DNA from: Candidatus Poseidoniaceae archaeon
Lineage (GTDB): Archaea > Thermoplasmatota > Poseidoniia > Poseidoniales > Poseidoniaceae
Assembly: GCA_938084455.1 (NCBI GenBank)
Contig: CALKDX010000028.1
Coordinates: 306 to 64,305 of the forward strand
DNA length: 64,000 bases
Direction: 5' to 3'
The translations under genes were made by a program, and so were the position numbers. This document shows positions 27,594 through 36,800 of the stretch, piece by piece. Positions within the stretch are counted from its first letter, which is position 1, and each line of letters begins with the position of its first letter. Under the pieces are notes generated by a model. It worked only from the letters and a program-made list of their open reading frames with translations, did no database searches and was not told the DNA's origin.

Positions 27594-28639
27594 TCTCCAC
27601 CCTCCTTTTGACGCTTGAGCAAGCGACGAACATCTTCCGTTCTGCCTAATGCTCCGTAGAGTTCCACTGCGCGGGACAACCGGCCTTCATCCTCCGCCAG
27701 TTGTGCGCGGGTGAAGATCGCCTTGCGTTCTTCCCAATTCTTGGCCAATGCGGCTTCAGCAGCGGCTTCGAACCGCCCTTGCCGCTCTGCTTGTGCCAAG
27801 TGAGGGGCCGACCATCTTCGGAGAAGTCCATCGCGAGTGGCGGTCGCCATGGCGTCAGGCGTGAGCGCCACAAGAAGGTCGCCCAAGTCCATGTCATGCC
27901 CGAGGACGGTGGTCTCTTCCTCGACACCAGATACGCTTGACAGGTGGTGCAATTGACCTTCAATGCCCAAGACCCACCAACCATCTGCGCTTCTCACACC
28001 TTCCATAGGTTCGAGGGAATCGTATTCAACGCGTTCAAGCCCATCCCAGCCAAATGGATGAGGCACACCTTCCCAAAGCCCACCGTCGCTGGCTTGCATC
28101 AACAAGCGGCCTTGCATGAGGGGGGTAACCCAACTCCAGACCCTGTCCTCTAAGCATCGCTTTTGGTCGGTCTGAGCAAGTCTTGCGCACCAAAGGCGAC
28201 CGTCTGAGGCTTGCCACATCATGTGTTCTCGGTCCAGCCAACCTAACAAACGGCGTACTTTTCCACTTTCCAAGCGCCTTAGACCCCGACCTTCGTGCGA
28301 GAAAAGATGGAGGTGCCCTTGGCGCCCAGAAAGGATCCAACCGCCACCTGGACGCGCTGAAACATCTGTGAACCCACCTGTTGTTGAACGGCCTTCATGC
28401 AGCATGGAACCGTCCATTGTGGAGAGCACATAGAATCCGTGCGCAGCGAGCACCGCAACAACACCGTTGTTCACCTGAAGGGCATGGGCTTTGAATGGCA
28501 ATTCGATGCGCCAGCGTTGCGTACCATCAACCTCAAGCATGAACAAATCCAGACCGCTGCTGACAATCATTCCGCCTTCTGCTGGAGCGAGCGCTGCAAT
28601 ACGGTTTGGTGCTTGCCACGACCATGTGATTGTCCACAT
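27590..28639 (-). CDS. beta-propeller (PQQ/WD-like) repeat protein
   Basis: Repeated ~40-aa units with D/S-G-x-L/W patterns (ASDGRLWCA, ASDGGLWEG, SADGWWVLG). A C-terminal alpha-helical tail. ATGA start/stop overlap with the upstream gene. Confidence 0.4.
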   Translation of the reverse strand: MWTITWSWQAPNRIAALAPAEGGMIVSSGLDLFMLEVDGTQRWRIELPFKAHALQVNNGVVAVLAAHGFYVLSTMDGSMLHEGRSTTGGFTDVSARPGGGWILSGRQGHLHLFSHEGRGLRRLESGKVRRLLGWLDREHMMWQASDGRLWCARLAQTDQKRCLEDRVWSWVTPLMQGRLLMQASDGGLWEGVPHPFGWDGLERVEYDSLEPMEGVRSADGWWVLGIEGQLHHLSSVSGVEEETTVLGHDMDLGDLLVALTPDAMATATRDGLLRRWSAPHLAQAERQGRFEAAAEAALAKNWEERKAIFTRAQLAEDEGRLSRAVELYGALGRTEDVRRLLKRQKEGGE

Positions 28640-30507
28640 CAGGCTTCACCCCCTTCGATGCCCCAGGCAACAAGCTGGGCTTTTGCCGTCGATGTCATTG
28701 TGTAATACCTACTCCGACCGGTGGCTCGCACGTTCAGAACACCACCTTTGAGAAGACGGTTACAAATCTGAGAGAGCCGTGAACGTTTAACACCCAAATC
28801 CTCCAGGAGCGCTTTATCAGAGGGTGAGAACTTTCGGTGTTTAGCCACGGCGAGGACCGCCATTTCATTAGCGTTCAAAGCAGAGAGTAAACCGATGTCT
28901 AAATGATGCTCCTCATGGTTGATGATTGGCTTGTTTTGCAATGCGGCAAGTGCGTCGATGAAGGCTCGTTGAGAAGTCGCGTTGGTTGGCCCCGCTTCGT
29001 TGTTTGAAAGTGCATTGACAAGCGCTTGGACAGCCTTGGTGAGGGCCTGTACCTCCCCGGGTGCAGAGGGGTGAGAAGGAACAGTTTCTTCCTCTGTGTA
29101 TTGATTGGGCGCCACTGCGTATTCATCGTCGTTGACCTCCGCCTCGTAGAAGCCAATTTCATCATGAATCAATTCGGCAAAGGAAGCGCCTTCCGGTACA
29201 TCGGGAAACCCATCATCTAGAGCCTCTGGATCAAGAATGGGCACTGGATCCCCGCCCTCGCCAACCCAAAGTTCTGCACCTGTTTCTTCAGGAGGCATTG
29301 GTGAATTTTTCACATCCCGTATCCGTCCAACAATACTTGAGAACATACCTCCAATTTGAGGAGGGCCTGAATCGTCGAGGATTGGAACATACTCAGGGGT
29401 TTGGGGGAGGGCTTTGAACGGCATTTCAGGAAGTTCTGCATCCGTTGATTTTTCTTCATCAAGCTGTTCTAAATCCAACTCAAACCCATCCATGGAATCC
29501 ATAATTTTCACATCATCCTGAATGTCCCTCAGTTCTTCACGCTCTGTCCATGGTGCAGAAGCATCAATAAGAGTCCCGAACGGCTTGTTTTCATCAGCCA
29601 TGACGTCGCCTTGTGCTGAAGCCTCATCTTCCTCCTGCACAATGGTTTTCTGCTCGAACGGGGTAAACTCAACCGGCTTTTCAGGCGCTTGTGGCATTGG
29701 TAAGGGCGACCTCAAGATTTGATTGATTCCAGCAAGGGAGGAAGGATTCCTGGCTGCGTCAACTGCGTTTCTGAGAGTTTTTATGATGGCTCCGGGATTT
29801 CCGTAGGTCTTTGACAGCAAATGGCGAGCGTCCTCTACTGAGAGTTGAAACTCTTCTTCGGACACACTTTGAATTCGTGTTTCCACGAGCGCTTGGATTT
29901 CGTCTATTGTAAACGGTTCAAGGTGATGTTCGCTATCGAACATGTGGAGCAACTTTTCTGGAAATTGAGCCTTTTGTCGTGTTTCAAGAACGACTACAAG
30001 TACGCATTGTATGCGATTTAATGAGGAACTAGCAGAGCTGAGCGCTTGTGAAAGCAGATTCATTTCTACGCCTTGGGCATCGATGACAATCAATGGCAGG
30101 CTATGCTTGTAGGCTCTTGAGGCATCTACGAGTTTTTCGACAACCTGTGACCACCCGGACGGACCTTCGTCCCCTGTAAGTTGAAAGTACACTTCACGAA
30201 GAAGCCCCAATGCGGGGTTTTGGAAAGAAATATGGTCGATATGCACCGATTCAGGCGCATGGTTTGCCAGACACCGCAAGAGTGAAGATCGCCCCGAACC
30301 CATTTCCCCAGAAAGCAGAATACGTCGAGAAGACATGAAGCGAATGTACTGCTGCAAGGCAGTTTTCAATTGGACACGGCCCACCAACAGGTGGCTTTGA
30401 CTGGACTCAAGGGGGAGAGTCGAGAATGGATTCGACGAAAGGGTTGGTAGAACGATCTCTTTGCCTTCAACTTCCATGAGACAAGCAACGGCAGAGGGGT
30501 ATTTCAT
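28639..30507 (-). CDS. AAA-like NTPase domain (Walker A Lys replaced by Arg) plus a long acidic low-complexity linker and a C-terminal winged helix, with Orc1/Cdc6-like architecture
   Basis: 'RRILLSGEMGSGRSSLLRCLANHA' is a P-loop with GxxGxGRS. 'LPLIVIDAQG' is Walker-B-like. About 250 aa are D/E/P-rich. C-terminal 'MAVLAVAKHRKFSPSDKALLEDLGVKRSRLSQICNRLLKGGVLNVRATGRSRYYTMTS' is a wHTH. Confidence 0.5.
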   Translation of the reverse strand: MKYPSAVACLMEVEGKEIVLPTLSSNPFSTLPLESSQSHLLVGRVQLKTALQQYIRFMSSRRILLSGEMGSGRSSLLRCLANHAPESVHIDHISFQNPALGLLREVYFQLTGDEGPSGWSQVVEKLVDASRAYKHSLPLIVIDAQGVEMNLLSQALSSASSSLNRIQCVLVVVLETRQKAQFPEKLLHMFDSEHHLEPFTIDEIQALVETRIQSVSEEEFQLSVEDARHLLSKTYGNPGAIIKTLRNAVDAARNPSSLAGINQILRSPLPMPQAPEKPVEFTPFEQKTIVQEEDEASAQGDVMADENKPFGTLIDASAPWTEREELRDIQDDVKIMDSMDGFELDLEQLDEEKSTDAELPEMPFKALPQTPEYVPILDDSGPPQIGGMFSSIVGRIRDVKNSPMPPEETGAELWVGEGGDPVPILDPEALDDGFPDVPEGASFAELIHDEIGFYEAEVNDDEYAVAPNQYTEEETVPSHPSAPGEVQALTKAVQALVNALSNNEAGPTNATSQRAFIDALAALQNKPIINHEEHHLDIGLLSALNANEMAVLAVAKHRKFSPSDKALLEDLGVKRSRLSQICNRLLKGGVLNVRATGRSRYYTMTSTAKAQLVAWGIEGGEA

Positions 30508-30584
30508 CTTTGAGGGAAACCGGGGCTCTTGTGGACCTGTTATGAGGCGTTATTCACGCAACGGGCAGCACCTCCTATGGCCCT

Positions 30585-30642
30585 TTAACGCAACATTAAC
30601 GCATTGTTAACGCGTTAGAAAAGCCGTTAAACCCGTTAATCT
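30585..30642. promoter_or_regulatory. array of five TTAACG hexamers (three direct, two inverted) at ~10-11 bp spacing in the divergent promoter region
   Basis: 'tTTAACGCaacaTTAACGCattgTTAACGCgttagaaaagcCGTTAAaccCGTTAAtc'. Direct copies start at 30586, 30597 and 30607. Inverted copies (CGTTAA) start at 30624 and 30633. 'AACGCGTT' is palindromic. Confidence 0.4.
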
Positions 30643-30748
30643 CGAAGATCATAACCCCACGAGAGGACCCCCAAGTGGCAGCACCAAACCCTTGCCAGTG
30701 CGATTGCTTGATGGGCTAAGTGCACGTGGAGTGAACAAGGGGAGCACC

Positions 30749-32047
30749 ATGGCAGTTGAAAACAGTCGTTTGAGCGGTTTTTTCCGCCACTCAGTACCAG
30801 AACGCCGTCAAATTGTGGCAGAACTTGCCAACTTAACTCCACAGCAAATCGAGGCACTGAGCGCATGTGGAGAGTTGAAGGAAGACGCTGCTGATCGAAT
30901 GATTGAAAACGTAATTGGAACGATGTCCCTGCCAGTTGGCGTTGCTACAAATTTCGTGATTGATGATAAGCACTACTTGGTCCCATTCTGCCTTGAGGAA
31001 TCGAGCGTGGTGGCTGCTGCCTCAAACATGGCCAAAAGATGCCTCAAAAACGGCGGTTTTAGATCCAATAACGACCAACCGCTCATGATTGCCCAGTTGC
31101 AAATTATGGACACGAGAGACCCTTCCAAGGCTTCCGAAGCCTTACACGGAGCCAGTCAAGAACTGATGGACCTGTGCAACAGCCTACCTTCGACCATGAT
31201 CCGACTAGGTGGAGGGTGCAAGCGCATTGAAACTCGGACGCTTGAATCATTAAGTGGTACAATGGTCATTTTGCACATTGTCGTGGATTGCAGGGACGCC
31301 ATGGGCGCTAACGCAGTCAACACCATGGCAGAGCTTATTGCACCAAGAGTCGAACAACTGACGGGTGGACGAGTCCACCTGAAGATCCTCTCAAACTTGG
31401 CAGTCCATCGTCTCGCCCGTATTGAAGCGACATTCACGCCCGAAGAACTCGCAGATGACGGCACAAGAGAGAACGGCCTAGCGGTGATCCAGGGCATCCT
31501 AGAAGCACACCATTTTGCGGTCGCAGACCCGTTTCGAGCAGCCACACACAACAAAGGCGTCATGAACGCAATCAGCAGCGTTGGTCTTGCTTGTGGGCAG
31601 GACTGGCGTGCAATTGAAGCAGGGTGCCATGCATACGCCGCTTATTCCAATGACACCTACGGCTCAATGACGAAATGGGAGCGTCTCGAAGACGGTAACC
31701 TCCTCGGATCGATTGAAACACCGATGGCGGTTGGTACCGTCGGAGGAGCCTCGAAGGTTCATCCAGCGGCCCAAGCAAACTTGGCAATTCTTGGCGTTGA
31801 ATCTGCGCAGGAATTAGCCGGTGTGATTGCAGCCGCAGGATTGTCCCAAAATTTGGGAGCGTTGAGGGCTCTTGCCACAAAGGGCATTCAGGCAGGTCAC
31901 ATGAAGCTTCATTCACGCAATATGGCGGTCAGCGCTGGTGCTGTCGGTGAAGAGATAGAAATTGTGGCCAAACGATTGCAATCGGTTGATGGACCAAAAA
32001 CACAGACAGTGGTTGAACAACTGCTGAAAGCGCTCCGCTCAGAATGA
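30749..32047 (+). CDS. hmgA: class II (NAD(P)H, bacterial-type) HMG-CoA reductase
   Basis: 'ENVIGTMSLPVGVATNFVIDDKHYLVPFCLEE', 'DCRDAMGANAVNTMAE' and 'MAVGTVGGA' match class II HMGR motifs of the Pseudomonas mevalonii MvaA type. They do not match the class I EDAMGMNM pattern. Start is the internal ATG. Confidence 0.7.
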   Translation: MAVENSRLSGFFRHSVPERRQIVAELANLTPQQIEALSACGELKEDAADRMIENVIGTMSLPVGVATNFVIDDKHYLVPFCLEESSVVAAASNMAKRCLKNGGFRSNNDQPLMIAQLQIMDTRDPSKASEALHGASQELMDLCNSLPSTMIRLGGGCKRIETRTLESLSGTMVILHIVVDCRDAMGANAVNTMAELIAPRVEQLTGGRVHLKILSNLAVHRLARIEATFTPEELADDGTRENGLAVIQGILEAHHFAVADPFRAATHNKGVMNAISSVGLACGQDWRAIEAGCHAYAAYSNDTYGSMTKWERLEDGNLLGSIETPMAVGTVGGASKVHPAAQANLAILGVESAQELAGVIAAAGLSQNLGALRALATKGIQAGHMKLHSRNMAVSAGAVGEEIEIVAKRLQSVDGPKTQTVVEQLLKALRSE

Positions 32048-32049
32048 AG

Positions 32050-32661
32050 TCACTCTTCTTCGAGCAACGGAAGCGTTGCTTGCACAAAGCCGTCAACTTC
32101 ACTTTCTTCCTTGAGGACTGTAGAATCCGTCATGCCATCGAGCATCCCAGAACCTTTGACCTGTTCTCTGAACCACGCTTTGACCTTTTTACGGTCCGTG
32201 TATGGGCATCCAAACGCCTCTGAGAAGCGACGAGTGGTGATCAAACGTCGTGTATTACCGTCCTTACGGCGGTCAATCATTCCCAATTGAGCGAGTTCAC
32301 GAACGTAATCATAGGCTTTCTGACCGAGCAATTCCACAAGCCTCGATTGGGCCATTGGTTGATGATAAGCAATCAAGGCGGCAGCCTTGAGGAGTTTCTG
32401 AGGGATTTCGGTCTTGGTCTCCTTCGGCAAATGTCCCGCAATGTCCGGTTTGACCTCAATCGCCCAACGATCACCAACTTCCGCCACTTGCAGGGCCCCT
32501 CCTCTTCGACGCTTCAATGTTGAACGAAGTGAATAAAGCGAATCGAGCATCTCATCCTCATCATACCCAAGAGCGACCGAGAGTTCCGCGACGGTCATTG
32601 AACGACCTGCACCAAACAGGGTTGCTTCTAGCAATGTGTCAACTGGTACTTCAGACATCAT
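32050..32661 (-). CDS. scpB: segregation and condensation protein B (ScpB)
   Basis: Two winged-helix repeats: 'LLEATLFGAGRSMTVAELSVALG' and 'AALIAYHQPMAQSRLVELLGQKAYDYVRELAQLGMI'. 203 aa. Follows scpA. Confidence 0.65.
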   Translation of the reverse strand: MMSEVPVDTLLEATLFGAGRSMTVAELSVALGYDEDEMLDSLYSLRSTLKRRRGGALQVAEVGDRWAIEVKPDIAGHLPKETKTEIPQKLLKAAALIAYHQPMAQSRLVELLGQKAYDYVRELAQLGMIDRRKDGNTRRLITTRRFSEAFGCPYTDRKKVKAWFREQVKGSGMLDGMTDSTVLKEESEVDGFVQATLPLLEEE

Positions 32662-32667
32662 TCTCCC

Positions 32668-33870
32668 TCATTCAACAAGCCAATCATGTGGCTCAAACGC
32701 TTCATCTGGCTCGGCAGAGATCGGTTGCACTTCTGCAACTGACTGGATTTGTGAGGTTTTTTCGGCTTTCTTAGCAGCGGCTTCTTCAGCCTTCTGAGCC
32801 TTCTCTGCACGAAGTTGTGCGTGGCGGACTGAGCCGGTGTCTTGAGATTGAATGCGATCTGATTCTTCTTCTTGAGCTCCTTCGACAAGCAGTTTGACTT
32901 CCTCGAACGTCTCGATGTTCGGCCAAGCATCCTCCAAACAGATGACTCCATCAGGCACTTGGTCTTGGGTAATTGAGGCGAAGCCACGGTGGGTGAGGAA
33001 CAAACCTGCGATGAAGGAAGCAACCTTGGCTTCGTCATCATACCCCTCGGGCAGTTCGCCAAAGGTGCTTTCCAGAACAACAGCTAAGTTGACCATCACA
33101 TCGGTAACAGGAACCTTTGAGGTGCCAGCTGCTTGGCATGTTTGCCGCATGGCCGTCCAGCACCGTTGAATGTCTCCTTCGAGATCTTCATTGTGCATTC
33201 GGCCTCCAACATCGGCTAGATACTCTTGCAGTTCCAATTCATGGGCGATGCGATTTTCTTCGCGCAGTCGCAATGCTTCTGCATCATCCGCAGCATTCTT
33301 GAACGCTGAAAGCAATTCACCGAGCGTCACTGGGCGTCCCTCTTCACGACGAACACGTTCATCGAACAAAGTGGGTAAGATTTCGTCTGCTTCGCCTTGT
33401 AGAATGGTGTTTGTGAAGTGGAAGGCTTCGTCATCGTAGTCAGCTTCCCAACCGAAATCAAATCCTTCATCCCATTCATCCTCTTCTTCGACGAACTGGA
33501 CTCGATCAAACAGCACGGCTGCTTGCTGGTGAAGCACTTCCCAGGAGAGACGAATAAGGCGCCCGCATGCAGGCAAATCCAGTGCTGAAGCCTCACTTTT
33601 CACCCGTTGAGTGAACACCTTGAGGAAACTCGACAAATCAACGTTCCAAGGATCAAGTTCCTCTTCTCGCACCAATGAAAGCACAAGGGCGACGGAACGG
33701 TCAAACGGATCGACAAGAGTTTGGTGCTCCGCTTCCTCAGTTTCTGCGATGGCCAGGATACGGTCAGCAAAGAGAGATGCGTCGGAGGACGCCTCACCAG
33801 ATGCGAGCAATTGGTCCATTACGTCTTGACGAAGGAACCACTTGTCCAAAACTTCCTGCTGCCCCACCAT
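32668..33870 (-). CDS. scpA: segregation and condensation protein A (ScpA kleisin), elongated to 400 aa
   Basis: N-terminal 'DPFDRSVALVLSLVREEELDPWNVDLSSFLKVF' matches the ScpA N-terminal helical motif. Sits between smc and scpB. The central region is acidic. Confidence 0.5.
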   Translation of the reverse strand: MVGQQEVLDKWFLRQDVMDQLLASGEASSDASLFADRILAIAETEEAEHQTLVDPFDRSVALVLSLVREEELDPWNVDLSSFLKVFTQRVKSEASALDLPACGRLIRLSWEVLHQQAAVLFDRVQFVEEEDEWDEGFDFGWEADYDDEAFHFTNTILQGEADEILPTLFDERVRREEGRPVTLGELLSAFKNAADDAEALRLREENRIAHELELQEYLADVGGRMHNEDLEGDIQRCWTAMRQTCQAAGTSKVPVTDVMVNLAVVLESTFGELPEGYDDEAKVASFIAGLFLTHRGFASITQDQVPDGVICLEDAWPNIETFEEVKLLVEGAQEEESDRIQSQDTGSVRHAQLRAEKAQKAEEAAAKKAEKTSQIQSVAEVQPISAEPDEAFEPHDWLVE

Positions 33871-33879
33871 ACGATCGCC

Positions 33880-36800
33880 TCACTGTAGGGTTTCTTCGTT
33901 TTCCTGTTCTTGCTCTATAGAGGAATCCGAATCAGCTTCACGGACTGCCTCAGCAACCTCTTGATATTCTTCGATGTCTTCTGTCAGTTCTGCAGTTCGT
34001 TCGGAAAGGCCCGCCAGGCTCTTTTCTGGCTCTTGCTGCGGCTCCATGTGTGAGAGCAGACCGCCCAAACTGGACGGTGCAGACAGTGCCTCGGGGACCT
34101 GTGGCATATCATGCGATGCAAGTCTTGCTTCTTCGATGCGTGAGTGATTCTGTTCATTGTCTTTTTGTGCCTCAGCAAGGGCTTTTTCTCCCAAAGCGAT
34201 GGCACGTTCTCGATCAAAGTCGACGATTCTTCGGCTGCAACCATCCCCACCGTGCGTGATGCCGATGTGATGATCTGCCAAGCGCAAGGACACCTTACGG
34301 AGAGTCACCATGATGAATTGAGCCCGCTTACTTCGTTCTCGACACATCATTGCAATCCGTTCAGCATTGTACCCATCGAGGTTTTGGTCAACTTCATCAA
34401 AGTAGTAGAATGGACTTGGGTCATAATCTTGGATGGCAAAGATCAGGGCGAGTGCCGCCATTGATTGCTCACCACCCGACAATTGATGGCGGGTCACTTT
34501 CGCAGATTTACCTCTTGGTTGGGCCCAGAGTTCGAGTCCGCCCTTGAACGGTTCTTCCGGGTTCTCGAGGAAGAGTTCACCTCGTCCACCATCGCTCAGT
34601 GAATTGTAAGCCACCTTGAAGTTCTCATTGACCTTCTCAAGAACATTGAGCAAGCGTTCCTTTCGTTGTGATTCGAGTTTTTCTGTGACATCCAAAAGGT
34701 GCTTTCTTCGGTTCTGTAGGGTCTTGAAATCCTCTTTCATTCCATCAAGGCGAGCCTGACAAGCATCGAATTGTTCAATCGCAAGCATGTTCACAGGACC
34801 ATGTTCATCCAAACGACGTTGAAGCCTTCGCTCCTTTCGCTCAGCATCGCCAAGGCTTGGCAAGATGGCACCTTCTTCCGCCGGTTGGTAACCTTGTTCG
34901 CTCATCTCTTGGAGTGTTTCAGCAATGGTGATTTCCTTTTGCTCCAATGCTCTACCGATTTCTCCGCTCAACTGGCGGCGTGATTGGGCTTCCTGCACCT
35001 TCTGGTGAAGGTCAGCCTTGAGAGCGCTGCGCTCTTCGATTAAGGCGACACGTTCGTCTTCAAGGCCTTGGTTCTCTTCCAAGAACTCTCGACGCTCGGC
35101 TTCCTTTGCCTCTAATGCAATCTTATCCGAGGCGACTTGAGCCTGGAGTTCGTCCATGCGCTCACTTCGAGCAATCGCAGCCTCCTTGATGCCGGTGATT
35201 CTAGTTTGGCATTCATCGATTCTCTGTTGAAGCAAGGAACGGTGCCCTGAATCATTGGAGAGTGAGGCTTCTGCTTTGGCTTTGAGGCCTTCAGCTTCCA
35301 CTCGCTTCACTTCCGTTGCATGAAGGCGGTCTTTGAGGTGGAGCGGGCTTGCATCTTCCAGAGCAGTTTGGGCTGCTTGACGCGCTTGATTGGCGTTGGC
35401 CAAGTGTGCCTGTGCGTCGTCAAGGGCCTCGAGTTGTTGTGCACCCTCGAGTTCGAGGTCACGCAGTCGCTTTTCAGCAGCACCTACTGCACCAATGGCA
35501 GTTGTGTGATTGGTTTTGGCTTGTTTGTGGGTCGCTTTCCAATCGGAATAGCGTTCTGAATGATCGTTGTTCGAAAGTTCATTGATGCTTGAGCGGATCT
35601 CGCCTTGTTGACGCCGGGCCTCAGCCAATGCGCCGTTTACGGTTTCAGCCATCAAGCGGAACCTTTCCACATCACTGCTCAAGGTTTGAACTTCATTTGC
35701 TCCTTGGATGTTGCCGCCAAAGGAAGTGGTCATCTTTCGCTTTGCGCCACCAACCATGGCGCCTCCGGCTTCGGTGACATCACCGCGGAGGGTGACAAGA
35801 CGCACACCGCCCATGTTTGCCCTTGCTGTGGCGAGGCTATCGACAATGAGGGTGTTCCTAAGCACAAAACGAATGGCTACATCGATGCGAGGATCATAAT
35901 CCAGGAGTTCATTAGCGAATCCAATCACACCAGGTTTTCGAGCGATGATGGTCGCTCTTCCGGCCGGCCGGGTGTTGTTGAGTTTGTTAAGGGGCAGGAA
36001 TGTCGCACGCCCAGCACGGTTTTGAGAAAGCCATTGGATGGCTTGTGCAGCGACTTCATCGTTGTCGACAACCACGGAAGTCATACCGCCTCCAATTGCG
36101 GTTGCAAGAGCATCTGTATGACTTGAATCACGCGGTTGGCACAATTCAGCAACCGTCCCGATGATGCCGCGCAGTTCGCCGCGGTCACGCGCTGCAAGCA
36201 CCGCAGCCGCCCCACCGGCCATGCCTTTAGCACCGGCACGGTTTTCCATCTCCGCTTTGGCGGCGGAAAGTTTTCGTTCTGTTTCACGAAGACGGGTTTC
36301 TACCGCTTGAGATTCCTCGAGGAGTTTTGCCTCTGAACGTTGTGCTGCGTGAAGGCGTTCAGCAAGTTTCGTCCGGTCTTGCTCAGGTGCATTTTCGCTC
36401 AGTTGCTCGCCTTCATGCTCGGATTCTGCAAGTGCCAATCTTGCTGATTCAGCTGCTTCTTGGACTTCGCTTAGTTGTTCACCTAACATCTCAGCCTGCG
36501 TTGCAACCCTGTTGACTTCAGTTTGAGCGGCAATAAGTGATGCTTGAGCCGCTTCTGCTCCTTCTGTTGCTTTGGAAAGGGCGCGTGTAAGTTCAGCGCT
36601 TTCAGAACCTGAGGACTCGAGGGCTTTGCGAACTTCGCCTTCCTCTTTCTTTGCTTCTTCAAGAGACTCAAGAGCTTGTTTGAGATCGATGGTTGCTTCA
36701 TTGAGGTCCTTTTCGAACGCTTCAAGATCTGCGATGGCTGAGGTGCTTGCTTCCGCCAGATGTTTGAGCTCTTCTGCCTCCTCAGCATCTTTATCGGAGG

